From contig OZ176058.1 of the NCBI GenBank assembly GCA_964247055.1, positions 4,898,001-4,962,000 on the forward strand: DNA of 64,000 nt. The letters are read 5' to 3'. The position numbers were made by a program, and so were the translations under genes. Positions within the stretch are counted from its first letter, which is position 1. Every line of letters starts with the position of its first letter. Below the pieces are notes generated by a model. The model was not told the origin of the DNA. It did not search any database and worked only from the letters and a program-made list of their open reading frames with translations. This DNA comes from Paragordius varius (lineage: Eukaryota > Animalia > Nematomorpha). Shown one piece after another: positions 52,880 through 64,000 of the stretch.

Positions 52880-55800
52880 ATGGTTAATCCCTTCAATCAT
52901 AAGATAACTCGTGTTTATTAATCCTTTCTTTTATTCAAAAAACATAAGGTTCCTTTTTCTGCTTTGTCTTTATATAAACTTTTACTGGGTTATATAACAT
53001 CTTTAAAAATATATAGAAATTAATAATATCACAATTTTCGTTTTGTTTTAAGGTCTGCTTGATGACTAAGTGTATTATATTTAGCTAAAAAATTAACCGC
53101 ATCCTTACTTTTTGTGAATCTTTCCAGATCATTCGATAAATCTTTGCTACTTATAATCATATGATAACTTTTGTTTGTTAATACCCTCAATTAAAAATTG
53201 TGTTGTACAATATTACTTTTTCTGTTTTGTCTCTTTAAATAATATTTTTACTCTGCATTTTAAACGCCTAAACCTTTTTATTTTAAGACTATATATATAA
53301 TTCATTTATTTATTCATCACAATTTTCGTTTTGTTCTCAGGTCTGCTTGATGGCTAAGTATATCAACCTTGGCTAAAAATTGGAGTTGACCAATTGCACT
53401 TCGTTTATTTTAGTAAATCATTCCAGATCATTCGATAATTTTTTGCTTTTAATCATATAGTAACTTTTATGTGTCAACCCCTTCACGATTGACTCAATAT
53501 GTTTTATACTTACTTTTTCTGCTTTGTCTATATAAACTTTTACTGCAGTTTAAGCGCCTAAACTTCTCTTGCAAGACTGTATATAATTCATTTATTTATC
53601 AATCACAATTTTCGTTTTGTCCTAAGATCTGCTTGATGACTAAGTGTATTATACAACTTACTTTTTGTGAATCTTTCGAGATCATTCGATAAATCTTTGC
53701 TACTTTTATTCATATGATAACTTTTGTTTGTTAATACCCTCAATTGAAAATTGTGTTGTACAAAATTACTTTTTCTGTTTTGTCTTTATATAATTTTTCT
53801 CTTTTAAAACTTATATTAATTTATTTGTCACAATTTTCGTTTTATCCTAAGGTCAGCTTGATGACTAAGTGTATCAACCTTGGCTAAAAATTGAAGTTGA
53901 CCGACGGCACTCTCCTTACTTTTAGTAAATCTTTCCAGATCATTCGATACCTCTTTGCTACTTTTAATCATATGACAACTTTTGTTTATTAAAACCCTCA
54001 AAATTGCGTTGCACAAAATTACTTTTTCTGTTTTGTCTTTATCTAAAGCAGTGGTACTCACGAAAAAAATTTGACGGGCCAAATAAAATATATATTTTTT
54101 TCGAGGGCCAGAATCTTATAATGGCAAATATTCCATAGCTATTTGACACATATGCACATATTTATACGCTAAATCAGCACAATTAATTTTTTGCGGATCG
54201 CATGTAAATCCAACTAAAAACTCGTTTTGCACCATTTAGTTTAAAAAATTAAAATATTAACATTTATTTTGATATTAACCAATAATTTTTGACAAATTTA
54301 GCTTCGCCTCATGGTAGACCAATCTTAATACGTCGTCCATATGATTATCTAAGCGATTTCTGTATCTATTCTTGAGATACCCTATTTTTGAATATGCTGT
54401 CCACGGGTAACTTGAGAAAAAACAGTTAGGATAACTTGAGCACATTTTTTATTTTCATTATTTGGCACATCTTGCCAAAACCATACATATCTTTCTTCTC
54501 TTCGATTCTCCTTATATATAGCCTCCGAATCGGAATCATTTATAAAATCTACGAATTCTTCAATGATATGCGCCTGATCAAAACCGAGATGCTCAAGTTG
54601 CTTAATATTGGATATATCCATACCATGGATTTTTTACGTAAGCAATTTTTAATATTTCTTAGTTCTTCAAATCTGAATTTCAATTCATTAAAAAATGCTA
54701 AATAATTGTCTATTTTAAATGTTGAAAAATATAGGAGTGTTTTATTTATAAATTCTTGTTTATATATTATTTATTTTTCTTGAAAAGCAAATATTTGATT
54801 ACCAAATTGGGTTATTATTTTGCTCCCTTGAAAACTTGTATTAAGATTAAGTCTATAAGTAAATGTCACAAAGGTAGGCAATAAAACCCACCATTGGTCA
54901 CTATTAATTTCGTCAAACTTTCTGTTATCTAAATAATACAATCTCATGTCTTAAAACAAAAAATGTATTTTATACTTTGCTAAGGCTTAGCCATCTAGCG
55001 GTGTATAAAATAATAACATCAAACTCACTGTGAATATCTTTCAAAAGGTTTAGAATTTACGGCTGTTAAGTTCGATGTGGTTAACTATATCCACAACCGT
55101 TTTAATTACTGAATTGAGTGATTCATCTTTTACACGCGAAACCATGTTTTGCTGTTGAGTAAATATTTTTCAAATTATATTTGTTTTTCAAAAGAGGGAT
55201 AAATCCTTCGTTTCATAGAGGGACAGCCATCTGTGCAGATCGAAACCAATTTTTTTCATATATATATCATTATTATCGAAAAAAGTGCTACCACTTTCTT
55301 TTATTAGTTGGGAATCAGTAAATGGTTTCATATTTGTTCCTAAAATACAAATTTCATACGAAGCTAATGTTACAGCATTTCCTGGGAGAAAGCTATAAAA
55401 ATAATAGATTTTCTTTCTGGTATAATTCCTTAATTTTTTATTTTTTTCGTTTCTTTCCTTATGATTTTCTGGTAATTTATGAGAATGATGGATTGTAAAA
55501 TGTCTTTCAACATTGTATTTTTTTATAATTATGTTGTCCTTGCATATAAGGCAGGTATCAAAATTTTTAAAAACGACAAAGAATTTTTCTTCCCATTCCT
55601 TTTTAAAGAGCGATTTTTATCGGATAATTTACGTTTTTTAGCAAATTTTTGCAAAAAATAGGAATATAATTTGAATTATGCTATAAAAAATAGGTAAAAA
55701 TTTAATGATGTTGATTTGAAAATAATTTTATGGGAGTTATAAAAAATGATGCAGGATAGCAATGAAAAGAATGTGTATATGCAAGTTTGGGTAAAAAGCT

Positions 55801-57823
55801 TGCTTAAATACAAAAAAGGAATCCAATAAAAATTTCAAAATAGAAAAAAAATAGAATACAGAAACAGAGACAACGTGTGTCAAAATTTAATCATTTTATG
55901 TAGGGAAATTTTTCATTTCAAATTTGATAAAAAAAAATTACGAAATAGATACAAAGAAAATAAATTAATATTAAAATAAGCGAAAATTCGTTAATGTGTA
56001 TTTTAAAAATTCATCAATAAAAATATGGTCATAGGGCAATTTTAAAGCACTCTTAGGGCCGCATGCGGCCCACGGGCCGCGGTTTGAGTATCACTGATCT
56101 AAAGTTTTACTAAGTTATATAACAATTTTTTCGCTTTTAATACTCAATAAAATTCACTTATTTATTTATCACAATTTTCGTTTTGTCCTAAGGTCAGCTT
56201 GATGACTGAGTCTATCAAACTTGGCTAAAAATTGAAGTTGACCGACGGCACTGCCCTTACTCTTGGTAAATCTTTCGAGATCATTCGAAAACTCTTGCTT
56301 ATTTTAATCATATGATAAAACTTTTGCTTGTTAACCCATTCAATAGACTCATGTTTTATTCTTACTTTTTCTGTTTTGTCTTTATATAAAATATTTACTA
56401 CAATTTAAACGCCTAAACTTTTCTCTTTAAAACTTTATATATTATTCATTTATTTATCAATCATAATTTTCGTTTTGTTCTAAGATCTGCTTGATGGCTA
56501 AATGTATCAACTTTAGCTATTGTTAGCCATATTTATGATAAATCTTTCTGAATCATTTGATAACCTCTTACTTTTTACTACCTTTAATTAATAACTCTCA
56601 ACAAAATTACTTTTTCTGTTTTGTCTTTATATAAATTTTTACTTTAAAGACTCAATATAATTCATTTATTTATCAATTACAATTTTCGTTTTGTTCTAAG
56701 ATCTGCTTGATGACAAAGTCTATCAACCCTGGCTAAAAATTGAAGTTGACCAACGGCACTGCCCTTACTTTTAGTAAATCTTTCGAGATCATTCGAAAGC
56801 TCTTTACTACTTAGAATCATATGATAGATAAATTTTGATTGTCAATACCCTCAATTGAAAATTGTGTTGTACAAAATTGCTTTTTCTGCTATTTCTTTAA
56901 ATAATATTTAATGGGCTTCATAAACTTTCTTTTAAAATTTAATATAATAAATTTATTTATCACAATTTTCGTTTTGCTCTAAGATCTGCTTGATGACTAA
57001 GTGTATCAACCCTGGCTAAAAATTGAAGTTGACCGACGGCACTGCCCTTACTCTTGGTAAATCTTTCGAGATCATTCGAAAACTCTTGCTTATTTTAATC
57101 ATATGATAAAACTTTTGCTTGTTAACCCATTCAATAGACTCATGTTTTATTCTTACTTTTTCTGTTTTGTCTTTATATAAAATATTTACTACAATTTAAA
57201 CGCTTAAACTTTTCTCTTTTAAGATTGATTATAATTCATTTAATTTATTTATCACAATTTTCGTTTTGTTCTAAGGTCAGCTTGATGACTAAGTCTATCC
57301 ACCTTGGCTAAAAATTGAAGTTAACCGACGGCACTACCCTTACTTTTAGTAAATCTTTCGAGATCATTCGATAACCATTTGCTACTTTTATTCATATGAT
57401 AACTTTTGTGTGTTAATACCCTCAATTGAAAATTGTGTTGCACAAAATTACTTTTTCTGTTTTGTCTTTATATAAAGTTTTACTGGGCTTCATAAACTTT
57501 TTTTTAAAACTTAATATAATTTATTTATCAATCACAATTTTCGTTTTGCTCTAAGATCTGCTTGATGACTAAGTGTATCAACCCTGGCTAAAAATTGAAG
57601 TTGACCGACGGCACTGCCCTTACTCTTGGTAAATCTTTCGAGATCATTCGAAAACTCTTGCTTATTTTAATCATATGATAAAACTTTTGCTTGTTAACCC
57701 ATTCAATAGACTCATGTTTTATTCTTACTTTTTCTGTTTTGTCTTTATATAAAATATTTACTACAATTTAAACGCTTAAACTTTTCTCTTTTAAGATTGA
57801 TTATAATTCATTTAATTTATTTA
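52880..57823 (-). repeat. CFDP1 last-exon echo array, right arm (~10 units of ~220-290 bp), interrupted by a hAT element
   Basis: 'tcacaattttcgttttg' near 53030, 53318, 53605, 53828, 56170, 56462, 56678, 56960, 57253 and 57533. The stretches ~56960-57250 and ~57535-57820 are near-identical. Confidence 0.92.
54049..56096 (-). mobile_element. Internally deleted hAT (Buster-type) element, 2048 bp, right arm only
   Basis: Same TIRs as 49733-50832, perfect 8-bp TSD ATCTAAAG, a subterminal GGGCCGCATGCGGCCC motif, and degenerate minus-strand transposase motifs KLVSICTDGCPSM and KNRYRNRLDNHMDDVLRL. Confidence 0.9.
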
Positions 57824-59145
57824 TCACAATTTTCGTTTTGTTCTAAGGTCAGCTTGATGACTAAGTCTATCCACCTTGGCTAAAAATTGAAGTTGACCAA
57901 CCGCACTGCCCTTACTTTTAGTAAATCTTTCTAGATCATTCGATAACTCTTGCTTGTTAATGCCCTCAATTGATTCAATATTATTTTGTAGGTGAGACCA
58001 ACTTGATTGTGTCATACTTAGCACGGTTGACGTTTTTTTCTTTGTCGCACAGCAGTTGCCAAAATGTTGTAATAAACTATTGCTTGATGATTTTAATGAA
58101 GAAAGACAGCTATTTTTATGCTGATTATTATTGGCAAATAAGGTATTAATATCATCACATTTTTTCCTTTTACAGGAAACGACATATGAATTGGGTTTAG
58201 GTTGATCTTTAATAAGTTCGTTGTTTTTGGGATTTGTTAGGTCTTGGCTAATGAAATTTCATTTAAAAGCAAGCAATATCTGAATACTAAAAGACAAATA
58301 TTTATAAAACTTGATTTTCTCAAAAACATTTATTAAAAATTTGAGTTTTAAGAATTAACTAATCGTTCGGAGTTACCAAAATAAGAAGGCATACAAATTG
58401 AAATTATACATTAAAACAAAATAATATTAAAACAAAATTTTTAAAAATTAATTATTTCCATATAAATTTACCATTTTGATCTATCAATTATGAGTGCTTT
58501 ACCAATTTATGTCGCTTTTACGCGTTCGACAACCCAAAACGATTAAAGAAAGAATTGAAAAGTATGGTATGGTTGTATTTTAAAATAATTTGTATAATTT
58601 TAATTTTGATTATAAAACTAAAGGAATAAATGAAATAAAAGGTAAACAAAGGGAAATTTGTATAATTGTTGAAAGATTGATTTTTTAAATTCAAACCTAT
58701 CGTTTGAGGTGGCAAAATATATAAGCAAGAAATTAAAAAGCAAATATATTAAAAATGGATATTTAATCTATTTTATTTATAATTTTGGGGCAAAATAGTT
58801 GAGATGCAAATTGGAACAATTTAGTATTATGGGTAAAATAAAATTAGATATTAATTGCTGTCATAAAAAATATATTTTATAAATTTGTAGCCTTCTTTAT
58901 AAATATCAATTTTTTCATTTCTTTCAAAAACAACTATTAAAAAAATCGTAATAAAAATTTAAAACTCTATAATTACTTACCCATTTAATTCGGTAAATTT
59001 TTTCCAAACATCAGATTTTATATTTTTATCAGGCAATATTTTGGTTTCAGAATTTTTCCTAATATTATAAAACAAAACAATACTTTTTTACCGTTTTGAT
59101 TTTGGGAACATAGTCCTCATCACTGGTGTCCGAATCATCATTCAT
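57824..59145 (-). CDS. CFDP1: CFDP1 / BCNT-C domain protein, right-arm copy, ~187 aa
   Basis: Exons 59145-59084, 59058-58981 and 58247-57824 are in frame. The 25-nt intron 1 is conserved, and exons 1-2 differ from the left copy at only two codons. Confidence 0.85.
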
Positions 59146-60542
59146 GCATAAAACAAATGCGTTAAAATTAAAAAATTAACTTTTTTTTAAATGGTTGTAA
59201 TAAAAATAAGTAAAATCAATTTAATATAAATATCTATATAAATATATATATATATATTTTAAATAAACTTAGTTGATATATATTAATTATAACTTCTAGT
59301 ATTAACCTCATCAACTGGTTAACACTTTGATTAATTGGGGTATCTCAATACCCAAGACTTAAGAATTTTTAAAAAACTACTGAAGAATAAGTCAAAAATT
59401 TAAAGTTGTGGATCTATCCTAATAAAAATTATATAAATATGTAAAAATAACCAAATAAAATTTTGTTTTGGAAAAAAAGTTCCATGTAAACTACTACGAC
59501 GCGACTTTTATTTTACAAAATCTTCCAGAATATCATCTTTTTATATTTAAGGGTAAAATTAAAGCTGTTTTTATTTAAATTATATATTGATGGAAATAGA
59601 AAAAGCGGTTAATTTTGTATTATTTTTCAATTTTTTCATTGCTACAATACCTTAACTAAATTCTTCCCTTTCGGTTTTAAAACGAGTAATTTTAAGTATT
59701 TTTGAATAAAAATTTTTTATATTTTGGTTTATTAATGTTATATAAGTGCAAAATTTTGCCATGGTTTCGATTCCTTCCATACTTTTTAAATTAGCTGATT
59801 TTAAACAGGCATGGGGTTTACAAGTGCGTTGTATCCAAATGTTAATCATATTCCATAATCATGACATTATAATGTATATTTTTGATAGAATGCATCAGAT
59901 ATTATTGAGCAGTTCAAAAATATTAAATTTGTGGTAGTTTCACTACAGAGTTTTTAAAAAATTTACTCTGTTGCAATAAATGTTTTATTGATAAATGACT
60001 TAGTATTAAAATGTACCAATAAAAATTTACAAAAGGTCTAAAAATAATCCTTTTGCCTAAATTTATTAATGAGTTCATATTTTTGCTAGAATATGACATA
60101 AAATTAATAGAAATTTTATAAAAAATTAGATTTTTATCAAAACTTAATAAAAAGCTATAAATTTATTTTATACGTTTACTTAAAACGATAATTTAGTGTT
60201 GAGGTATTTTTTCGAGAACCCTATAAAGGCAAAGAATATAACTCTGCACATTTTTCATATAGGTATATGGGTAGGGGTATTACTGTTACAAATTTACTAT
60301 AAATCAGAAGATATTATATAAATTTGTAAAAAAATGTAAATTTATTTTTGTCAATTTCCTAAAGCCGAAATAATCGTGATAAATATTATCAAAAAAATTC
60401 TAGTTTTTTGAATTTTTTGGTTACTTAAGAAACTTGCTTTCATAAATGGGGTCGGGAATTACAAAAGTTTAAAAAGCCCTATTATATATGCCATTAAAAA
60501 GTATTAATACAACTGTATCACATTTATTAACCACTAAAACAC

Positions 60543-62099
60543 ATGGCCTTTTCTCATCTAAATTTATCCAATTCGCCTTCAACGGAATCTACGTAAGATT
60601 AAACTCTACTAAAGTAAAAATAAAAATAATAAAGACAAAACTCTATAAATTCAAATTTTTATATCGAAATACCGCTATACTTTTCTAAACCTTATTTTTT
60701 TATTTCAACTATTTGATTGTATTTGTTAATTTCTGTAATCATTTTTTCATATTTTGCGGTTTAAATTTATACATCATATATGTAAAATATAAATATAACA
60801 GTTTTTGCAAAAAAACGTCTTTTGTTAAAATAATTTCAATTTTTTCTGTATATCTTCACTAAAAAAAAATTATTCTAAACTTTTAAACTTAAATTAATCT
60901 TTAGGACTTTTAAATTTTAGGAATTCTTAGGAGAAATGGGATATAGAACAATTATAATTATAAATACAGCAGTTTTTTGCAAAAAATGTTTTTATTTTAG
61001 CGTTTTGTTAAAATATTTTAATGTTTTCTTTACAAAAAAATTATTCTAAACTTTTAAACTTAAATCTTAGAAATTCTCAGGAGAATTGGCATATTGAACA
61101 TGCCGGACATGAAAGAATGCATTATTCTCAAATGATGGCCATTATTGTGCTTGTCATGGTTACGGCTCAAATATTCTTATTTCTTTGGAGACGAACCGCT
61201 ATTAAATCATATCAGGTGAGAATTTTTGTTAAAATCTAATTTTGATATTAGAAATTAACAAAAAATATTTAATTCTTGTTAAAAGTTTTTTATAAATTTA
61301 AATTATATCAGGTGAGAGAATAATTTAATTTTAAAATTTAAATATTAAAATTTTTTATAATTAAAAAATAATTTAAAATTTTTGTTAAAATTCTAATATT
61401 GATCTTAATTTTTAAATTATGTTTAAAATTATATTTTTTTTATAATTCTATTTAACATTTTATCGCTAAATTAATTTATATCTTTTATTAATTTAATTAT
61501 TAATACCTAATTCTCTTATTTTCCAAAATAAATTTTTAAAAATTCTTTTTATTAAATATTTTAAACATTTTTTTAACATCTAATTAATTATATTTAATAT
61601 TTTTATTAATTTTAAGATATATTTAACATTATTTTAATAATAATTTTCGATTACTGAAATTTAATTTATTTTTAATAATATTTTTTAATTTTAAATATTT
61701 TTAACATTTTTTTTATATTTTCTTTCTAATTTTTTAATAAAATTCTTAAAAAATATCAATTTTTAACATTTTTTCTTAACATGTTTTCCCTAAAATTTTC
61801 TTAATTTCCAATAATTTTTAAATCATTTTTAACCTTTTTTTTTAGATTTTAAATTTTTTTTAATAATTTTTTTTTAAAAATTTAATTTTTTTAAAAATTT
61901 ATTTTTTTTAATTTAACATTTTTAATTTAATATTCCCCCCTTAGCTATGTACAACTGTAGCCATGTGGATTTTACCATTCTGTATTTCTCTCTATAGAAA
62001 TCACCTGAGATTTGCCATTATACACGCCATCTATTCAATCATTACTCTTTATATGTTGGGGTTAACTATTCAAAAACCTCTGAAACCAAATACACCCAG
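60543..62099 (+). CDS. RNF121: RING finger protein 121-like membrane E3 ligase, 5' part (continues beyond the window)
   Basis: Exons 60543-60592 (less certain), 61071-61215 and 61945-62099 join in frame. WHIEHAGHERMH...AQIFLFLWRR...KSYQ|LCTTVAMWILP...TIQKPLKPNTPR resembles the RNF121 N-terminal TM region (GHEAMH, AQLLLVQW, KPLVQTTPR). The RING domain is not in the window. Confidence 0.8.
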
Positions 62100-64000
62100 G
62101 TGTTTTTAAAAAAAATAATTTTTTGAACTTTTCAAAATTTTTAAATTTTTTTAAACTTTTTTTTGAAAAATTAAATAAATTTGAAAAAATTGAATAAATT
62201 TGAAAAAATTGTTTAAAATCCAAAAAATGATAATATTATAATTTTGAAAAAATGTGTGTTAATACTGTTAAAATTGAAAAATTTACTTTAAAATATAGTA
62301 AAATTTAAAAAAATCTAAAATTTGTGTTTAATTACTGTTAAAAATTGAATAAATAATATATTTTTTATTGAAATTTGAAAAATAATTTGCTTAAAATACT
62401 GTAAAAATTGTAAAATATGAAAAAAATCTTTGTTTATATGTTGTGGGTAAGTGTTCAAAAACCCCTGAAACCTAATAAACCCAGGTTTTTAATTTAATTT
62501 TGGGTTTTGAATTTTTTTTAATTTTTTTTAAAAAAAATGTAAAAAATAATAACAAATTTGTTTAAAATACGGTAAAAATTGAAAAAACTTGAAATACTGT
62601 TAAAATTTAAAAAATTAGGTTTTTTATATTAAAATTAAACAAAATATGTTTAAATACAGTAAAATTTTTAAAATTTATATTAAAATTCTAAAAAAATGTG
62701 TTTAAATACAGTAAAAATTGAAAAAATATAAAATAATATGTTTAAATACTGTTAAAATTAAAAAAATTTCAAAAATCTATTTTAAAATACAGTAAAAATT
62801 GTAAGGTATGAAAAAATAAAAAATTATTCAATCATTACACTTTACATGTTGTGGGCAAGTCTTTAAAAACCCCTGAAACATAATACACCCAGGTTTTTAA
62901 TTAAATTAATTTTTTGGTTTTTTTAACTTTTTTGAAACTTTTTGAATTTTTTTTTTGAAAAAAATAGTTTAAAATACTGTTAAAAATTGAACAAACTAAC
63001 AACAATAGTTTAAAATATAGTAAAATTAATAATATTTTAAGCTAGATTTTTAAAATGTAAAAAAATTCAAAAAACTGTTATAGTGTTAAAATTTATAAAT
63101 TATGTTTTTTATATTGAAATTAAACAAAATGTGTTAAAATAGTGTTTAAAAAACTAATTTTTTATATTATAATTTGAAAAAATTGGAAAAATTAACTTTA
63201 AAATACAGTAAAAATTATAAGATATAAAAAAATAAAAATTATTCAATTATTACACTTTACATGTTGGGGTTAACTATTCAGAAACCTCTTAAACCTAATA
63301 CACCCAGGTTTTTAATTAATTTTTTATTTTTTTTTAAACTTTTTGAAACTTTTTTCCAAAAAAATGCAAAAAAATGAAAAAAATAGAGTTATAACCGAAA
63401 AAATTATGTTTTTTATATTAAAATTTCAAAAATATTGAAAAAATTCCTTTATACAGTAAAATTTTTAAAATTTATATTAAAATTTCAAAAAAATATGTTT
63501 AAATGCTGTTAAAATTGAATTTTCTTTAAAATACAGTAAAAATTGAAAAAATTAAACAATAAAATATGTTTAAATACTGTTAAAACTGATAAAATTAATA
63601 TTTTTTAAATTAAAATTCAAAAAAAAAATGAAAAAATTTACTTTAAAATACAGTAAAAATTGAAAAAATATAATTATTATATTTTATATTAAAAAAAAAT
63701 TTACTTTAAAATACAGTAAAAATTCTAAGATATGAAAAAATAAAAATTTATTCAATCATTACACTTTACATGTTGGGGTTAACTATTCAAAAACCTCTGA
63801 AACCTAATATACCTAGGTTTTTTTCTAAGTTTTATAAATTTTTAGTTTTTTTAAAACTTTTTTGAACTTTTTTTAAAAAATGAAAAAAAAATGAAATCTA
63901 AAAAAATAGCTTGAACTGTTAAAATTTAAAAATTATGTATTTTATATTTAAATTCAAAAAAATGAAAAAATTTACTTTAAAATACAGTAAAAATTTTAAG
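62100..64000 (+). repeat. RNF121 exon-3 3'-end plus donor echo array (~385-510 bp period)
   Basis: Copies ending 'aaacctaatacacccag|gt' at 62484, 62892, 63307 and 63816, separated by AT-rich spacers rich in 'tacagtaaaaatt'. Confidence 0.88.

Larger units (their letters stand above)
1300..59330. repeat. Giant diverged inverted duplication: left arm ~1300-24255, right arm ~25675-59330, spacer ~1.4 kb
   Basis: All exons of CFDP1, the orphan gene and STX16 in the left arm recur as reverse complements in mirror order in the right arm (e.g. 23600-23686 vs 26239-26325, 11870-12058 vs 43750-43938, 1470-1634 vs 58981-59145). Several intronic elements are also mirrored. Arm boundaries are approximate. 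Confidence 0.93.

Noticed and set aside
54436-54705. Plus-strand hydrophobic ORFs here and at 50158-50343
   Set aside because: They are antisense to degenerate hAT transposase sequence.
1300-59330. Simple read fold-back artefact as the cause of the palindrome
   Set aside because: The arms differ by many substitutions, indels and TSD-bounded insertions, which a chimeric read would not produce. A haplotype misjoin is not excluded.
59652-59937. Overlapping short ORFs between CFDP1 and RNF121
   Set aside because: No recognisable motif, no second copy to test frame conservation, and no convincing splice model.

Overview
A very AT-rich eukaryotic (probably animal) genomic window; the species cannot be identified from the sequence. 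Positions ~1300-59330 form one giant diverged palindrome: left arm ~1300-24255, spacer ~24260-25670, right arm ~25675-59330. Each arm carries apparently intact copies of three spliced genes: CFDP1 (BCNT-C domain), an orphan secreted-looking gene, and a 9-exon syntaxin-16 (STX16). The 5' part of RNF121 follows outside the palindrome. One intron is 25 nt, while the others are inflated to kilobases by TA-flanked MITEs and local tandem arrays. Arm-specific insertions are a young full-length RTE-type LINE with an HDV-like ribozyme at its 5' end, two Buster-type hAT elements and a Penelope-like relic. The most unusual signal is that all four genes are flanked by tandem 'exon echo' arrays: repeated copies of an exon end plus its splice site or stop codon. 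In three genes (STX16, CFDP1, RNF121) the best-preserved echoes vary mainly at synonymous positions and, in STX16 and the orphan, mix states of both paralogous exons. One STX16 intron appears to have been created by a MITE. All gene models were spliced by hand and have no transcript support.
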